Positions 1 through 10,113 are shown, numbered from the stretch's first letter. The stretch is DNA of 64,000 bases from Thiobacillaceae bacterium (GCA_040080135.1 JBEBIZ010000006.1:16829-80828), one strand, 5' to 3'. Numbers and translations: made by a program. The notes: generated from the letters alone by a model not told the origin.

Positions 1-2400
1 TTGAGAATAAACCCTATGCCCAACGATACCCCGCTTGAGGGCGAACTGTTCCCCGCGAACAAACAATTGCCCATGTCCCCGCCACTGCCGGACGAATTGT
101 ATTTGCTGCCGCTGACAGAAAAGCCGTTTTTTCCGGCGCAGACTTTGCCGCTGCTGATGAATGAGGGACCCTGGCTATCGACCATCGAAGCGATCGGCGA
201 ACTGCCGCATCGCATGGTCGGGCTGGTCGTGGTCAAATCGGACAACACCGATGAAGTGAAACGCGGTGATTTTCGCAGCATCGGCACCATGGTGCGCATC
301 CATCATCCGGTGAAATCGGACGGCAAGATGCAGTTCATCGCCGAAGGCATGAAGCGCTTCCGGATTGTGGCGTGGCTGTCCGACACCGCGCCGTACCGCG
401 TGCGCGTGGAATATCCCAACGAGACCGGAAAACCCGACTCGGAGGTTATCCGCGCGTATTCGATTGCGATCATCAACACCATCAAGGAGCTGCTGCCGCT
501 TAATCCGCTATATTCCGAGGAGTTGAAGTTTTTTCTCAATCGTTTCGGGCCGAACGAGCCTTCTTTGTTGACCGACTTTGCTGCGAGTCTGACTACTGCG
601 TCCAAACAGGAGTTGCAGGATGTACTGGAAGCACTGTCGCTGAAGAAGCGCATGGAAAAAGTGCTGGTACTGTTGAAGAAAGAGCTCGACGTGGCGCGTC
701 TGCAATCGCAGATCCGCGAAAAAGTAGACGAGAAAATGACCGAGCAGCAGCGCGAGTTTTTTCTGCGCCAGCAATTGAAGGCGATCCAGAAAGAGCTGGG
801 GCTGGCGAAGGACGACAAGACTTCGGAGCTGGACAGTTTTCACGAACGCATTGCCAAGTTGACGCTGCCGGAGCAAGCCGCCCGCCGTATCGACGAGGAA
901 ATGCACAAACTCTCGCTGCTGGAAACCGGTTCGCCGGAATATACCGTCACGCGCAATTATCTCGACTGGCTGACTGTGCTGCCCTGGGGCGTGCTGACGC
1001 AGGACAAGATCGACCTGGCGGTGGCGCGAAAAATCCTTGATCGCGATCACGATGGCCTGGATGACGTAAAGGAACGCATCATCGAGTTTTTGGCGGTGGG
1101 TGCGATGAAAGGCGAAATGTCGGGCTCGATCCTGCTGCTGGTGGGGCCGCCGGGCGTGGGTAAAACCTCGATCGGGCGTTCGATTGCCGAAGCGCTGGGG
1201 CGCAAGTTTTTCCGTTTTTCGGTGGGTGGGATGCGCGACGAGGCCGAGATCAAGGGTCATCGCCGCACCTACATCGGCGCGATGCCGGGCAAGTTTTTGC
1301 AGGCGCTGAAAGAGGCGGGTACGGCCAACCCGGTCATCATGCTGGACGAGGTGGACAAGATCGGTGCCAGTTTTCAGGGCGATCCCGCGTCGGCACTGCT
1401 GGAGGTACTTGATCCGGAACAGAACACGGATTTTCTCGACCATTATCTGGACGTGCGATTTGACCTGTCCAAGGCGCTGTTCATCTGTACGGCCAATGAG
1501 TTTTCCATTCCGCCCGCCTTGCTCGACCGGATGGAGGTGATTCGCCTGTCGGGCTATATCACTGAAGAAAAACTCGATATTGCCAAACACCATTTGTGGC
1601 CGCGCGTGCTCGCCAAGTCGGGTTTGAAGAAGAATCAGCTGGTCATCACTGAATCAGCTACGCGGCACGTGATCGAAGGCTATGCGCGCGAAGCGGGCGT
1701 GCGTAATCTGGAAAAGCAATTGGGGCGGGTCGCACGCAAAGCGGTAGTCAAGATTTTGGGCGGCGCTGCGACGCCGATCAAAATCGGTGTGAAAGAAGTC
1801 GAGGCTTATCTTGATAAACCGGTATTCAATCGCGAAAAACCGATGTCCGGCGTGGGCATTGTGACCGGATTGGCGTGGACATCGATGGGCGGCACGACCT
1901 TGCCGGTGGAAGCATCGCGTGTGCACACACTCAATCGCGGCTTCAAGCTCACAGGCAAACTGGGGGAGGTGATGAAGGAGTCTGCCGAAATTGCGTACAG
2001 CTATGTCGCCTCGCACTCGAAAGCGCTGGGCTCGGAAGAAAAGTTTTTCGATAGTAGCTTGATCCACCTGCACGTACCGGAAGGTGCCACCCCCAAGGAC
2101 GGTCCGAGCGCCGGCGTGACAATGGCGACCGCGCTGCTGTCACTGGCGAAAAACCAGAAGATCAAACGCCCGCTGGCGATGACCGGCGAGCTGACACTGA
2201 CGGGCATGGTGCTGCCGGTTGGCGGCATACGGGAAAAGGTTATTGCCGCGCGTCGCGTTGGCATTTTCGAGTTGATTTTGCCTGATGCCAACCGGCGTGA
2301 TTTCGACAAGCTTCCGGACTATATCCGGGCGGGCTTCACCGTGCATTTTGCCAAGCGTTATCAGGACGTGGCCGACGTGGTGTTTGGCGGTGCTGCATGA
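1..2400 (+). CDS. lon: ATP-dependent protease La (LonA type)
   Basis: LON N-domain (LYLLPLTEKPFFP), Walker A GPPGVGKTS, Walker B VIMLDEVDK, catalytic Ser motif PKDGPSAG and Lys in GGIREK. Start uncertain: TTG at 1 or ATG at 16. Confidence 0.95.
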   Translation: MRINPMPNDTPLEGELFPANKQLPMSPPLPDELYLLPLTEKPFFPAQTLPLLMNEGPWLSTIEAIGELPHRMVGLVVVKSDNTDEVKRGDFRSIGTMVRIHHPVKSDGKMQFIAEGMKRFRIVAWLSDTAPYRVRVEYPNETGKPDSEVIRAYSIAIINTIKELLPLNPLYSEELKFFLNRFGPNEPSLLTDFAASLTTASKQELQDVLEALSLKKRMEKVLVLLKKELDVARLQSQIREKVDEKMTEQQREFFLRQQLKAIQKELGLAKDDKTSELDSFHERIAKLTLPEQAARRIDEEMHKLSLLETGSPEYTVTRNYLDWLTVLPWGVLTQDKIDLAVARKILDRDHDGLDDVKERIIEFLAVGAMKGEMSGSILLLVGPPGVGKTSIGRSIAEALGRKFFRFSVGGMRDEAEIKGHRRTYIGAMPGKFLQALKEAGTANPVIMLDEVDKIGASFQGDPASALLEVLDPEQNTDFLDHYLDVRFDLSKALFICTANEFSIPPALLDRMEVIRLSGYITEEKLDIAKHHLWPRVLAKSGLKKNQLVITESATRHVIEGYAREAGVRNLEKQLGRVARKAVVKILGGAATPIKIGVKEVEAYLDKPVFNREKPMSGVGIVTGLAWTSMGGTTLPVEASRVHTLNRGFKLTGKLGEVMKESAEIAYSYVASHSKALGSEEKFFDSSLIHLHVPEGATPKDGPSAGVTMATALLSLAKNQKIKRPLAMTGELTLTGMVLPVGGIREKVIAARRVGIFELILPDANRRDFDKLPDYIRAGFTVHFAKRYQDVADVVFGGAA

Positions 2401-3206
2401 ATACCAGGCAATATCGGGTCAAGGCCAACGCCAAACTCAACCTGAAAAAATATGATACGGCCGACACGTCACTTATAAACGGTAACAAGCGCAAAGCGAA
2501 AGCAGAACTCGAAGCATTGCGCACCCGGCTCGAGGCACTTCAGGGCCTGTTCTATGCCGACGGCAAGCACAAGATGCTGATCGTGTTGCAGGCTATGGAT
2601 ACTGCCGGCAAGGATTCCACGATCCGCATGGTGTTTGACGGCGTCAACCCGCAAGGAGTCAAGGTGTTTGGCTTCAAAGCGCCCACCAGCGAGGAGCTGG
2701 CGCATGATTTTTTGTGGCGGGTTCACGCCAAAACGCCTGCCAACGGCGAAATTACCATTTTCAACCGCAGTCATTACGAAGACGTGCTCATCACCCGCGT
2801 CAATGGCTGGATCGACGAACACACGTGCCAGGCACGCTATCAGTCCATACGTGAGTTCGAGCAGTTGCTGGTGGAGAACGGTACGACGATCCTGAAGTTT
2901 TACCTGCATATCTCCAAAGACGAGCAGAAAAAACGCCTGATTGAACGCCGTGATGACCCTACCAAACAGTGGAAATTCAATCCAGCAGACCTTGCATCCC
3001 GCGCGCAATGGGACGATTACATGTCGGCCTATACTCAGGCCATTACGGCTACTTCTACGCAACAGGCACCGTGGTTTATCGTGCCCGCGAATTCCAAATT
3101 GCAGCGTAATCTGATTGTTGCGAGTGTGATCTGCGACGCCTTGGAAGGGCTGGGTCTGGCTTATCCGGAAGCGGTTCCGGGAATCGACAAGATTCAGGTG
3201 GAGTAG
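2397..3206 (+). CDS. ppk2: Polyphosphate kinase 2 family protein (class III-like)
   Basis: Walker A QAMDTAGKD, FKAPT, FLWR, FNRSHYE and KWKF motifs. ATGA overlap with the lon stop. Confidence 0.9.
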   Translation: MNTRQYRVKANAKLNLKKYDTADTSLINGNKRKAKAELEALRTRLEALQGLFYADGKHKMLIVLQAMDTAGKDSTIRMVFDGVNPQGVKVFGFKAPTSEELAHDFLWRVHAKTPANGEITIFNRSHYEDVLITRVNGWIDEHTCQARYQSIREFEQLLVENGTTILKFYLHISKDEQKKRLIERRDDPTKQWKFNPADLASRAQWDDYMSAYTQAITATSTQQAPWFIVPANSKLQRNLIVASVICDALEGLGLAYPEAVPGIDKIQVE

Positions 3207-3227
3207 GGCAGGATTGACGCTGAGTCT

Positions 3228-3611
3228 TCAGGTCAGACTGATTATTTGATTCAGCCGTTCACACACTTGCGTGAATCCATCGTCTGTCAGACGTTTGAGC
3301 GGATGGGCTTTGGCGCCACGTAATTGCCAGTCGAAGGATTTCGGTTGATGACACAAGACATAACTGGTTTTCCCGGTCCGGTGCCCGGATGCTTTACCCA
3401 CTGCAACGGCGAACGGATTGTCGGCGTTATAGACAGCCGTGGTCATCGGCAGCCCAATCACAAGTGAAGTTTTCTCGTTGAAAATGCGCGGCGATAACAC
3501 GAGGAATGGGTGGACGTCTTTCATTTCCCGACCTGCCTGCGGGTTGCAATCTATCCAGATCACGTCCTGACGTTCGGGCACCCACTTGGCCGGAGCCGGT
3601 TTTTTTACCAT
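3228..3611 (-). CDS. mazF: MazF/PemK family endoribonuclease toxin
   Basis: WIDCNPQAGREM..HPFLVLSP and PMTT motifs. ATG at 3611 overlaps the antitoxin stop. Confidence 0.85.
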   Translation of the reverse strand: MVKKPAPAKWVPERQDVIWIDCNPQAGREMKDVHPFLVLSPRIFNEKTSLVIGLPMTTAVYNADNPFAVAVGKASGHRTGKTSYVLCHQPKSFDWQLRGAKAHPLKRLTDDGFTQVCERLNQIISLT

Positions 3612-3856
3612 TTCTCTGCGCCGACGGGTTCGGGGCACATGACCTCACCGCCATGGCGGTCGCGGTCATACAACGCCAGACGTTGCTCTAGCGTGAGCGC
3701 CGCTGGTTCATCCGGGGTAATGATGACGCGCCCGTCTTCGACGACTACCCGTACCCGCTGGTCTACGCGGAGATGCGCGGCTTTTGCAACTGCGGCAGGA
3801 AGCCGCACGCCGAGATTATTGCCCCATTGTTTTATATCGAGTATCGCAACAGACAT
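3605..3856 (-). CDS. mazE: AbrB/MazE family antitoxin
   Basis: KQWGNNLGVRLP swapped-hairpin signature, 83 aa, directly upstream of the toxin. Confidence 0.85.
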   Translation of the reverse strand: MSVAILDIKQWGNNLGVRLPAAVAKAAHLRVDQRVRVVVEDGRVIITPDEPAALTLEQRLALYDRDRHGGEVMCPEPVGAEKW

Positions 3857-3872
3857 GATGGCACCCCCGGTT

Positions 3873-3914
3873 AATGTTTAAACGTAGTCTATACATTCCG
3901 GCTGATCGAGTCAA
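3873..3914 (-). promoter_or_regulatory. Putative sigma70 promoter and operator of mazEF
   Basis: Minus strand TTGACT (3914-3909), 17 bp spacer, TAGACT (3891-3886). The imperfect inverted repeat AATGTTTA (3873-3880) / TATACATT (3890-3897) overlaps the -10. Confidence 0.55.
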
Positions 3915-3924
3915 TTACAGGTTA

Positions 3925-4722
3925 TTACCACTTCACCACGTGCACGTTCTCCAGCGTGCGCCCCAGAAAACGCTCGCCGATAGTCTGAAAGCGCAGTGGC
4001 AGGTCGGTGACGTAAAAATCGTAGCGCGGCCTGGCGTGGTCGGTGTTGGCAAGCTGTTTCTCAGCCAGTGTTTCGGCGACCTGTTCGGCCATGGCTTCAG
4101 CGGAGTCCACCAGTTGAACTTCAGCGCCGACAATTCGACTCAATAGCGGTTTGAGTAGCGGATAGTGGGTGCATCCCAGCACCAGCGTGTCGATGTGTTC
4201 GGCCAGCAGCGGTTTCAGATAATCCTCAGCGGTCAGTCGCGTGACTTCGTGGTCGAGCCAGCCTTCCTCAACCAGCGGCACAAACAGCGCACAGGCCTGC
4301 GAGTGGATGCGCGAGTCGGGCGCATAGTCGTGAATGGCGCGTGCATAGGCATTGCTGTTGATGGTGGTGGGCGTGCCGATGACGCCGATTTTTTTGCCGT
4401 GGCGAGCGGAAACCGCGCCGGCATCGATCACATCCAGCACTGGCACAGGCGACATGTCCTTGACCACCTGCGCCGCAACAGCCGCCATGGTATTGCAGGC
4501 GATGACCAGCAGCTTGACGTCTTTTTCCAGCAGAAAGCGGGTGATTTCAGCCGTGTAATGCGTAATGGTGTCGACCGATTTCACGCCGTAGGGCACGCGA
4601 GCGGTGTCGCCAAAATACACGATGTTCTCAAAGGGCAAACGCTCCATCAAGGCGCGCACAACAGTGAGGCCGCCGATACCGGAATCGAATACGCCGATGG
4701 GTGAGCGTGTATTTTCAGACAT
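3925..4722 (-). CDS. murI: Glutamate racemase
   Basis: GVFDSGIGGL, IACNT and LGCTHYP catalytic motifs. An alternative start exists at 4731. Confidence 0.95.
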   Translation of the reverse strand: MSENTRSPIGVFDSGIGGLTVVRALMERLPFENIVYFGDTARVPYGVKSVDTITHYTAEITRFLLEKDVKLLVIACNTMAAVAAQVVKDMSPVPVLDVIDAGAVSARHGKKIGVIGTPTTINSNAYARAIHDYAPDSRIHSQACALFVPLVEEGWLDHEVTRLTAEDYLKPLLAEHIDTLVLGCTHYPLLKPLLSRIVGAEVQLVDSAEAMAEQVAETLAEKQLANTDHARPRYDFYVTDLPLRFQTIGERFLGRTLENVHVVKW

Positions 4723-4804
4723 GGCGGGCAAATTATCGTAATGAGCAGCGCTCTATTTTACCTGTGGCATTCGGCGGGACGAAGTACCATGTAACTGGGT
4801 GTGC

Positions 4805-5860
4805 TTAAAGCGGTGCCTGTTGACGGGCAAGTGCCCAGCCGACATGCTCACGCACCAGTGCAGAAGGATGGTCGCTTCGCGCTGCCAGCGCGGACTTTGA
4901 AATTGTTGACGTCGGCGCATTGCCCAGCGCCACTGCGATGTTGCGCAGCCAGCGTTCATGGCCGATGCGGCGGATGGCGGAACCGGCCAGGCGATCATTG
5001 AAATCGGCCTCGCTCCAGGCAAACAGTTCAATTAGGCCTGCGCTGTCGAGGCCATTGCGAACGCTGAAGTCGGCGAGTTCCGAGGTCTTTGCAAAACGGT
5101 TCCACGGGCACACCAGCTGGCAGTCGTCGCAGCCGTAGATGCGGTTGCCGATTAGCGGGCGAAATACTTCCGGGATGCTGCTTTTGTGTTCGATGGTGAG
5201 ATAGGAAATGCAACGTCGTGCATCCAGCTGATACGGCGCAACGATGGCGGCGGTGGGGCAGATGTCGATGCAGGCATGGCAACTGCCGCAGTGGTCGGAT
5301 TCGGGGGGGTCAATCGGCAGCGCCAGATCGGTGTAGATTTCGCCGAGGAAAAACCACGAACCATGCGCGCGGTTGAGCAGGAGCGTGTGTTTGCCGCGCC
5401 AGCCGAGGCCGGACTGGCTGGCCAGTTCGACTTCGAGTACAGGTGCGCTGTCGGTGAATACGCGGTAATGATGGCCGCCCGTTTCGGCCTGTATCCGGTC
5501 GGCCAGTTGTTGCAGGCGGGCACGCAGAACCTTGTGATAATCGCGTCCCAGTGCGTAGCGGGCGATGTAGGCGGCATCGGGGTCATTCAGTACTGATTCG
5601 GGTGTGGCTGACTCAGGCGGGAAATAATCCAGCCGGGCGCTGATGATGCGTTGCGTGCCGGGAATCAGTTCTGCGGGATGGCTACGCTTGGTGCCGTGTG
5701 CCGCCATATAATCCATCTCACCATGAAAGCCTTTATCCAGCCACTGCTGCAAGCCCACTTCAGCCTCCGACAGGTCGCAGCCCGCAATCCCTACCGCAGC
5801 GAAGCCGAGCTCGGTTCCCCAGTGTTTGATTTGCCGTGCGAGTGCGTTTAAATCATGCAT
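4805..5860 (-). CDS. queG: Epoxyqueuosine reductase
   Basis: YALGRDYH, CGSCHACIDICPT and GCDDCQLVCPWN Fe-S motifs. Start placed at ATG 5860. Confidence 0.93.
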   Translation of the reverse strand: MHDLNALARQIKHWGTELGFAAVGIAGCDLSEAEVGLQQWLDKGFHGEMDYMAAHGTKRSHPAELIPGTQRIISARLDYFPPESATPESVLNDPDAAYIARYALGRDYHKVLRARLQQLADRIQAETGGHHYRVFTDSAPVLEVELASQSGLGWRGKHTLLLNRAHGSWFFLGEIYTDLALPIDPPESDHCGSCHACIDICPTAAIVAPYQLDARRCISYLTIEHKSSIPEVFRPLIGNRIYGCDDCQLVCPWNRFAKTSELADFSVRNGLDSAGLIELFAWSEADFNDRLAGSAIRRIGHERWLRNIAVALGNAPTSTISKSALAARSDHPSALVREHVGWALARQQAPL

Positions 5861-6340
5861 GAGTTTGATGATACCAAGTCCTGTCACAGGATATTGCCGG
5901 ATGAGGCGTCTACACTTGAACTAGGAGCCACCATCGCGCGCGGCTTGCGTGCGGGGATGACGCTGTTTCTCGAAGGCGACCTGGGTGCGGGGAAAACCAC
6001 GCTGGTGCGGGGTGTGCTGCGGGCATTGGGCTACGTCGGGCGGGTGAAAAGCCCGACCTATACCTTGAGCGAAATCTATAACGTGCCCGGCTTTGAGTTG
6101 TATCATTTCGACCTGTATCGCATGACTGACCCACGCGAGTGGCTGGATGCGGGTTTTCGCGAGGTGGCCGACGGGCAGATGGTCAGTCTGGTCGAATGGC
6201 CCGAGAAGGCTGCGGGGCTGTTGCCGCCGCCCGATATGCGGATCCGGCTCAGTGTGAATGACGAAGGACGTGACGCTGAAATTGTGGCCGAAACGGCACC
6301 AGGAAGAGAATGTTTGAAAGCATGTTGCACCGAGGATTGA
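5855..6340 (+). CDS. tsaE: tRNA t6A biosynthesis ATPase
   Basis: GDLGAGKTT, VKSPTYTL, HFDLYR and VEWPE motifs. Confidence 0.95.
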   Translation: MHEFDDTKSCHRILPDEASTLELGATIARGLRAGMTLFLEGDLGAGKTTLVRGVLRALGYVGRVKSPTYTLSEIYNVPGFELYHFDLYRMTDPREWLDAGFREVADGQMVSLVEWPEKAAGLLPPPDMRIRLSVNDEGRDAEIVAETAPGRECLKACCTED

Positions 6341-7650
6341 ATTTTATTGTGCCGGTCGTGATGGCGCTGTCGTCATTGTTCGTTTCGACAACGGCAGACG
6401 CCGTGCAGGTGTCCGCCGCACGGCTGTGGCCTTCGCCGGATTACACCCGGCTCACGCTGGAAGCGCCACAGGCGATTGCGTTCAAATATTTCATGCTGGC
6501 GAAACCAGAACGTCTGGTGCTCGATCTGGAAGGCGTGGAGTCCAGCGCGATGCTGCTTGATCTGGTGAGCAAGGTTGGCAACAGCGATCCCTATGTCACG
6601 TCGGTGCGCGTTGGTGTCAATCGCCCGGGCGTGATGCGGCTGGTGCTGGAGCTTAAAACACCGATCAAACCTTCGCTGTTTCAGTTGAAGCCGGTGGGCG
6701 AATACGGCCATCGGCTGGTGCTGGATTTATATCCCGAACAACCGCCCGATGCGCTGGCGCAATTGGGTGCTGGCAAAAAGCCGGATCAGGTGTCGGTTGC
6801 GGCTGAACCAGCCAAGCCCGACACCGCTCTCGATGGGGTTGGAGCGCTAGCGGTCAAGCCCGATTCTCCCAAGCTCAATCCGGCCAAAGTCGAGTCAGGC
6901 AAAGAGTCGAGCAAGCCCGCTGTCATCATCAGGCGACGCATGATGACGGTGGCGATTGACGCGGGGCATGGCGGCGAGGATTCGGGTGCCAAAGGCGCAA
7001 CGGGCACGTATGAAAAAAATGTGACGCTGGCGATTGCACGACGGGTCAAAGACAAGATCGATGCGGAAGAGGGGCTGCGCGGCATCCTGGTGCGTGACGG
7101 CGATTATTTCATTCCGCTAGCCGGGCGCGTCACCAAGGCGCGCGGGTTCAAGGCTGACCTGTTCGTGTCGATCCATGCCGATGCCTTTATCCGTCCCGAA
7201 GCGCGCGGTTCGTCGGTCTTTGCCCTGTCGGAACACGGTGCGACTTCAGCGGCGGCGCGCTGGCTGGCGAAGAAAGAAAACGAGGCCGACTTGATCGGCG
7301 GCATCAATATCGACGTCAAGGATGAGTTTCTCAAACGCACCCTGATCGACCTGTCTCAGACTGCAACGATTAACGATGGATTGAAACTTGCGCGTTCGGT
7401 GTTGCGAGAAATCGGCGGGATCAACACGCTGCACAAAAACGACGTTGAACAGGCCGGTTTCGCGGTGCTGAAGGCACCGGATATTCCGTCCATTCTGGTT
7501 GAAACCGCATTTATCTCGAACCCCGAAGAAGAACGCCGTCTGAACGATGATGCCTACCAGGACAAACTCGCAGATGCGATCGTGACCGGGATCAAAAAAT
7601 ATTTTGCCAAACTGCCCGCCACGGCACGCACCCGGTTGACACAGAATTGA
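6310..7650 (+). CDS. amiC: N-acetylmuramoyl-L-alanine amidase with AMIN domain
   Basis: AMIN region (YTRLTLE, RLVLDL) followed by Amidase_3 motifs IDAGHGG.D.GA, E, SIHAD and LVETAFISN. Confidence 0.92.
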   Translation: MFESMLHRGLNFIVPVVMALSSLFVSTTADAVQVSAARLWPSPDYTRLTLEAPQAIAFKYFMLAKPERLVLDLEGVESSAMLLDLVSKVGNSDPYVTSVRVGVNRPGVMRLVLELKTPIKPSLFQLKPVGEYGHRLVLDLYPEQPPDALAQLGAGKKPDQVSVAAEPAKPDTALDGVGALAVKPDSPKLNPAKVESGKESSKPAVIIRRRMMTVAIDAGHGGEDSGAKGATGTYEKNVTLAIARRVKDKIDAEEGLRGILVRDGDYFIPLAGRVTKARGFKADLFVSIHADAFIRPEARGSSVFALSEHGATSAAARWLAKKENEADLIGGINIDVKDEFLKRTLIDLSQTATINDGLKLARSVLREIGGINTLHKNDVEQAGFAVLKAPDIPSILVETAFISNPEEERRLNDDAYQDKLADAIVTGIKKYFAKLPATARTRLTQN

Positions 7651-8189
7651 AGATCGGAGATGTGCGGGGTGAGATTGCCCCCGGTTTCGATCAACCGCTG
7701 GGAGTGTTGCTGGCCTGCCACGGTCGCATCGAAAAGCAATGTGCGACGCTGGAAAAGCTGTTGCGACATCTGCCCCAACACGGGAGCGACGTGCAGGCGC
7801 AACAGGCCGCGCGCGCGATCCTGAATTACTTTGACACGGCAGCCGTTCACCACCACGACGATGAAGAGCGCAATCTGTTTCCGCTGCTGGAACGGGCGGG
7901 CGGCGGTGAATGGTGCGATCTGGTCGAGCCTCTGACCCGCGAACACGACGACCTGGCGCAGTTGTGGCGTGCGCTGCACCCACCGCTGCAAGCGCTGGCA
8001 CAGGGTGTAGCGCCTGCGTTGAATGCAGCCCTTGTCGAACGCTTCATTGCGCTCAATCGCAGTCATCTCGAGTTTGAAAACGAACGCGTATTGCCGCTGG
8101 CGAAACAGATTTTAAGCGCTGCCGATCTGGAACAACTCGGGCGCGCGATGGCTGCCCGGCGTGGCGTGGCCTTCACGCCAGTGCTATGA
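7647..8189 (+). CDS. Hemerythrin/HHE domain protein
   Basis: His/Glu ligand pattern CHGRIE, HHHDDEE..LFP, EH and HLEFENE. TTG start overlaps the amiC stop, and its stop overlaps the mutL start. Confidence 0.8.
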   Translation: MKIGDVRGEIAPGFDQPLGVLLACHGRIEKQCATLEKLLRHLPQHGSDVQAQQAARAILNYFDTAAVHHHDDEERNLFPLLERAGGGEWCDLVEPLTREHDDLAQLWRALHPPLQALAQGVAPALNAALVERFIALNRSHLEFENERVLPLAKQILSAADLEQLGRAMAARRGVAFTPVL

Positions 8190-9961
8190 GCATTCGCATT
8201 CTTCCCGATCTGCTGATTTCGCAAATCGCTGCGGGTGAGGTGGTCGAGCGCCCCGCTGCGGCATTGAAGGAGCTGCTGGAAAATAGCCTGGACGCGGGTG
8301 CGACCGAGATCCGCGTCGATCTGGAGCAGGGCGGCATCAAGCGCATTCGCATTACTGATAACGGTTGCGGCATCGCCCGCGCCGAGTTGCCACTGGCTTT
8401 GGCGCGCCACGCCACCAGCAAAATCGGCAGCCTGGAAGACCTGGAACGGGTGGTGAGTCTGGGCTTTCGTGGTGAGGCGCTGGCCTCGATTGCTGCGGTG
8501 TCGCGGCTCAGTCTCACCAGCCGGTCACAAGACGATAGCCATGCCTGGAGCGTGAGCGTGGAAGGGGGTCAATCGAGTGAACCCAGTCCCGCTGCGTTGG
8601 CGGTAGGAACGGTCATCGACGCGGAGGATTTGTTTTTTAATACCCCGGCCCGGCGCAAGTTTCTCAAAACCGAAGCCACCGAATACGCGCACTGTGCCGA
8701 AGCCATGCGGCGGCTGGCCCTGGTAAGAAACGATGTCGCATGGACGCTGACCCACAACGGAAGAGTGCTGGCGCGCTATGGCAGCGAACCCGCCTCAGCG
8801 CGTTGCCGCAATGTGCTGGGCGAGGCCTTTGAGCAAGCGTCGATTCAGGTCGAAGCTGCCGCCGCTGATTTGCGCGTAACGGGCTGGGTGATTCGTCCGT
8901 CGGCGGCGAACAGTAGTCGCGATAACCAGCATTGCTTCGTCAATGGCCGCTATGTGCGCGACAAGCTCATCATGCATGCGCTGAAAGTTGCGTATCGCGA
9001 TGTGCTGCATCACCAGTTACAGCCCGGCTATTGTTTGTTCATTACGCTGCCGCCCGAGAGCGTGGACGTGAACGTGCATCCCGCCAAAACCGAGATTCGT
9101 TTCCGGGATGGACGCGGGATTCATCAGTTTCTGTTCCACGCGGTCGAGCGTGTGCTGTCAGGTGTGGCCGACTCCATACAGACCGCCTCGTCTGTGCCGT
9201 CTCAATCGAATGTTGCGCCGCAAAACTATTTTCAGCCCCGGCAAACGGCGATGCCGCTGCACGTTTCGGAGGCGATGGCGTTCTATGCGCCGCTTGCAGC
9301 GCATCATCAAGACCGCGCGCCGCTTACGGAAGGACATAAAAGCTCAGCGGATGATCTTCAGTCATCGCCTGAAGATGCGCCGCCCCTGGGTTACGCACTG
9401 GGGCAGTTGCATGGCGTGTATGTCCTCGCGCAAAACGCCCAGGGTCTGGTGCTGGTGGACATGCACGCCGCGCATGAGCGCGTGGTCTACGAAAAGCTCA
9501 AAACCGCTCTGGATGCGCGCGCCGTGCCCGCACAAACCCTGCTGATTCCGGTGAGCCTCACGGTCGATGCGCGTGACCTGGGCGAAATCGAACCATACCT
9601 TGAACAACTCGCCGCAATCGGTTTTGAGTTGACCATCAGCTCGCCCACCTCGGTGGCCGTGCGCTCGGTGCCGTGGCTGCTGAAAGATGCCGACCCGGTT
9701 GATCTCACCCGCACCTTGTTACGCGAAGTGGCCGAATTCGGCGTGGCGCGTTTGCTGAATGAGCGCCGCAATGAACTGCTGGCAACGCTGGCGTGCCACG
9801 GCGCAGTGCGAGCCAACCGCCGCCTGACAATCCCAGAAATGAATGCATTGCTGCGCGAAATGGAAGCCACCGAACGCGCCGGACAGTGCAACCACGGTCG
9901 CCCCACCTGGTTTCAGATGGGGATGCGCGAGCTGGATGCGATGTTCATGCGCGGGCGTTGA
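8186..9961 (+). CDS. mutL: DNA mismatch repair endonuclease MutL
   Basis: QIAAGEVVERP, GFRGEAL, endonuclease motif DMHAAHERVVYE, ACH and CNHGRPT. Confidence 0.96.
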   Translation: MSIRILPDLLISQIAAGEVVERPAAALKELLENSLDAGATEIRVDLEQGGIKRIRITDNGCGIARAELPLALARHATSKIGSLEDLERVVSLGFRGEALASIAAVSRLSLTSRSQDDSHAWSVSVEGGQSSEPSPAALAVGTVIDAEDLFFNTPARRKFLKTEATEYAHCAEAMRRLALVRNDVAWTLTHNGRVLARYGSEPASARCRNVLGEAFEQASIQVEAAAADLRVTGWVIRPSAANSSRDNQHCFVNGRYVRDKLIMHALKVAYRDVLHHQLQPGYCLFITLPPESVDVNVHPAKTEIRFRDGRGIHQFLFHAVERVLSGVADSIQTASSVPSQSNVAPQNYFQPRQTAMPLHVSEAMAFYAPLAAHHQDRAPLTEGHKSSADDLQSSPEDAPPLGYALGQLHGVYVLAQNAQGLVLVDMHAAHERVVYEKLKTALDARAVPAQTLLIPVSLTVDARDLGEIEPYLEQLAAIGFELTISSPTSVAVRSVPWLLKDADPVDLTRTLLREVAEFGVARLLNERRNELLATLACHGAVRANRRLTIPEMNALLREMEATERAGQCNHGRPTWFQMGMRELDAMFMRGR

Positions 9962-10020
9962 ATGTGGTCGCGCTGTTTGATGAGATTGCGTGCGGCAGGG
10001 CAGGGCAGGTTGGGCTGGTT

Positions 10021-10050
10021 ACGGCTGGCTCAATTCGGCCAGGAAGAGAC
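10021..10050 (+). repeat. Degenerate direct repeat, left flank copy A
   Basis: ACGGCTGGCTCAATTCGGCCAGGAAGAGAC matches 12166-12195 at 21/30 positions without gaps. It contains a CTGGC/GCCAG hairpin. Confidence 0.5.
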
Positions 10051-10081
10051 GGTTGGGGCATGTTCGTCGAAAGTCTGTTCT

Positions 10082-10113
10082 ATGGTGGACAGCAGCCATC
10101 TGTAAATGGCTGC
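10082..10113 (+). repeat. Degenerate direct repeat, left flank copy B, plus 8 bp hairpin
   Basis: ATGGTGGACAGCAGCCATC (10082-10100) matches 12179-12198 at 16/20 with one gap. It overlaps the hairpin GCAGCCAT-ctgtaa-ATGGCTGC (10092-10113). Confidence 0.5.
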
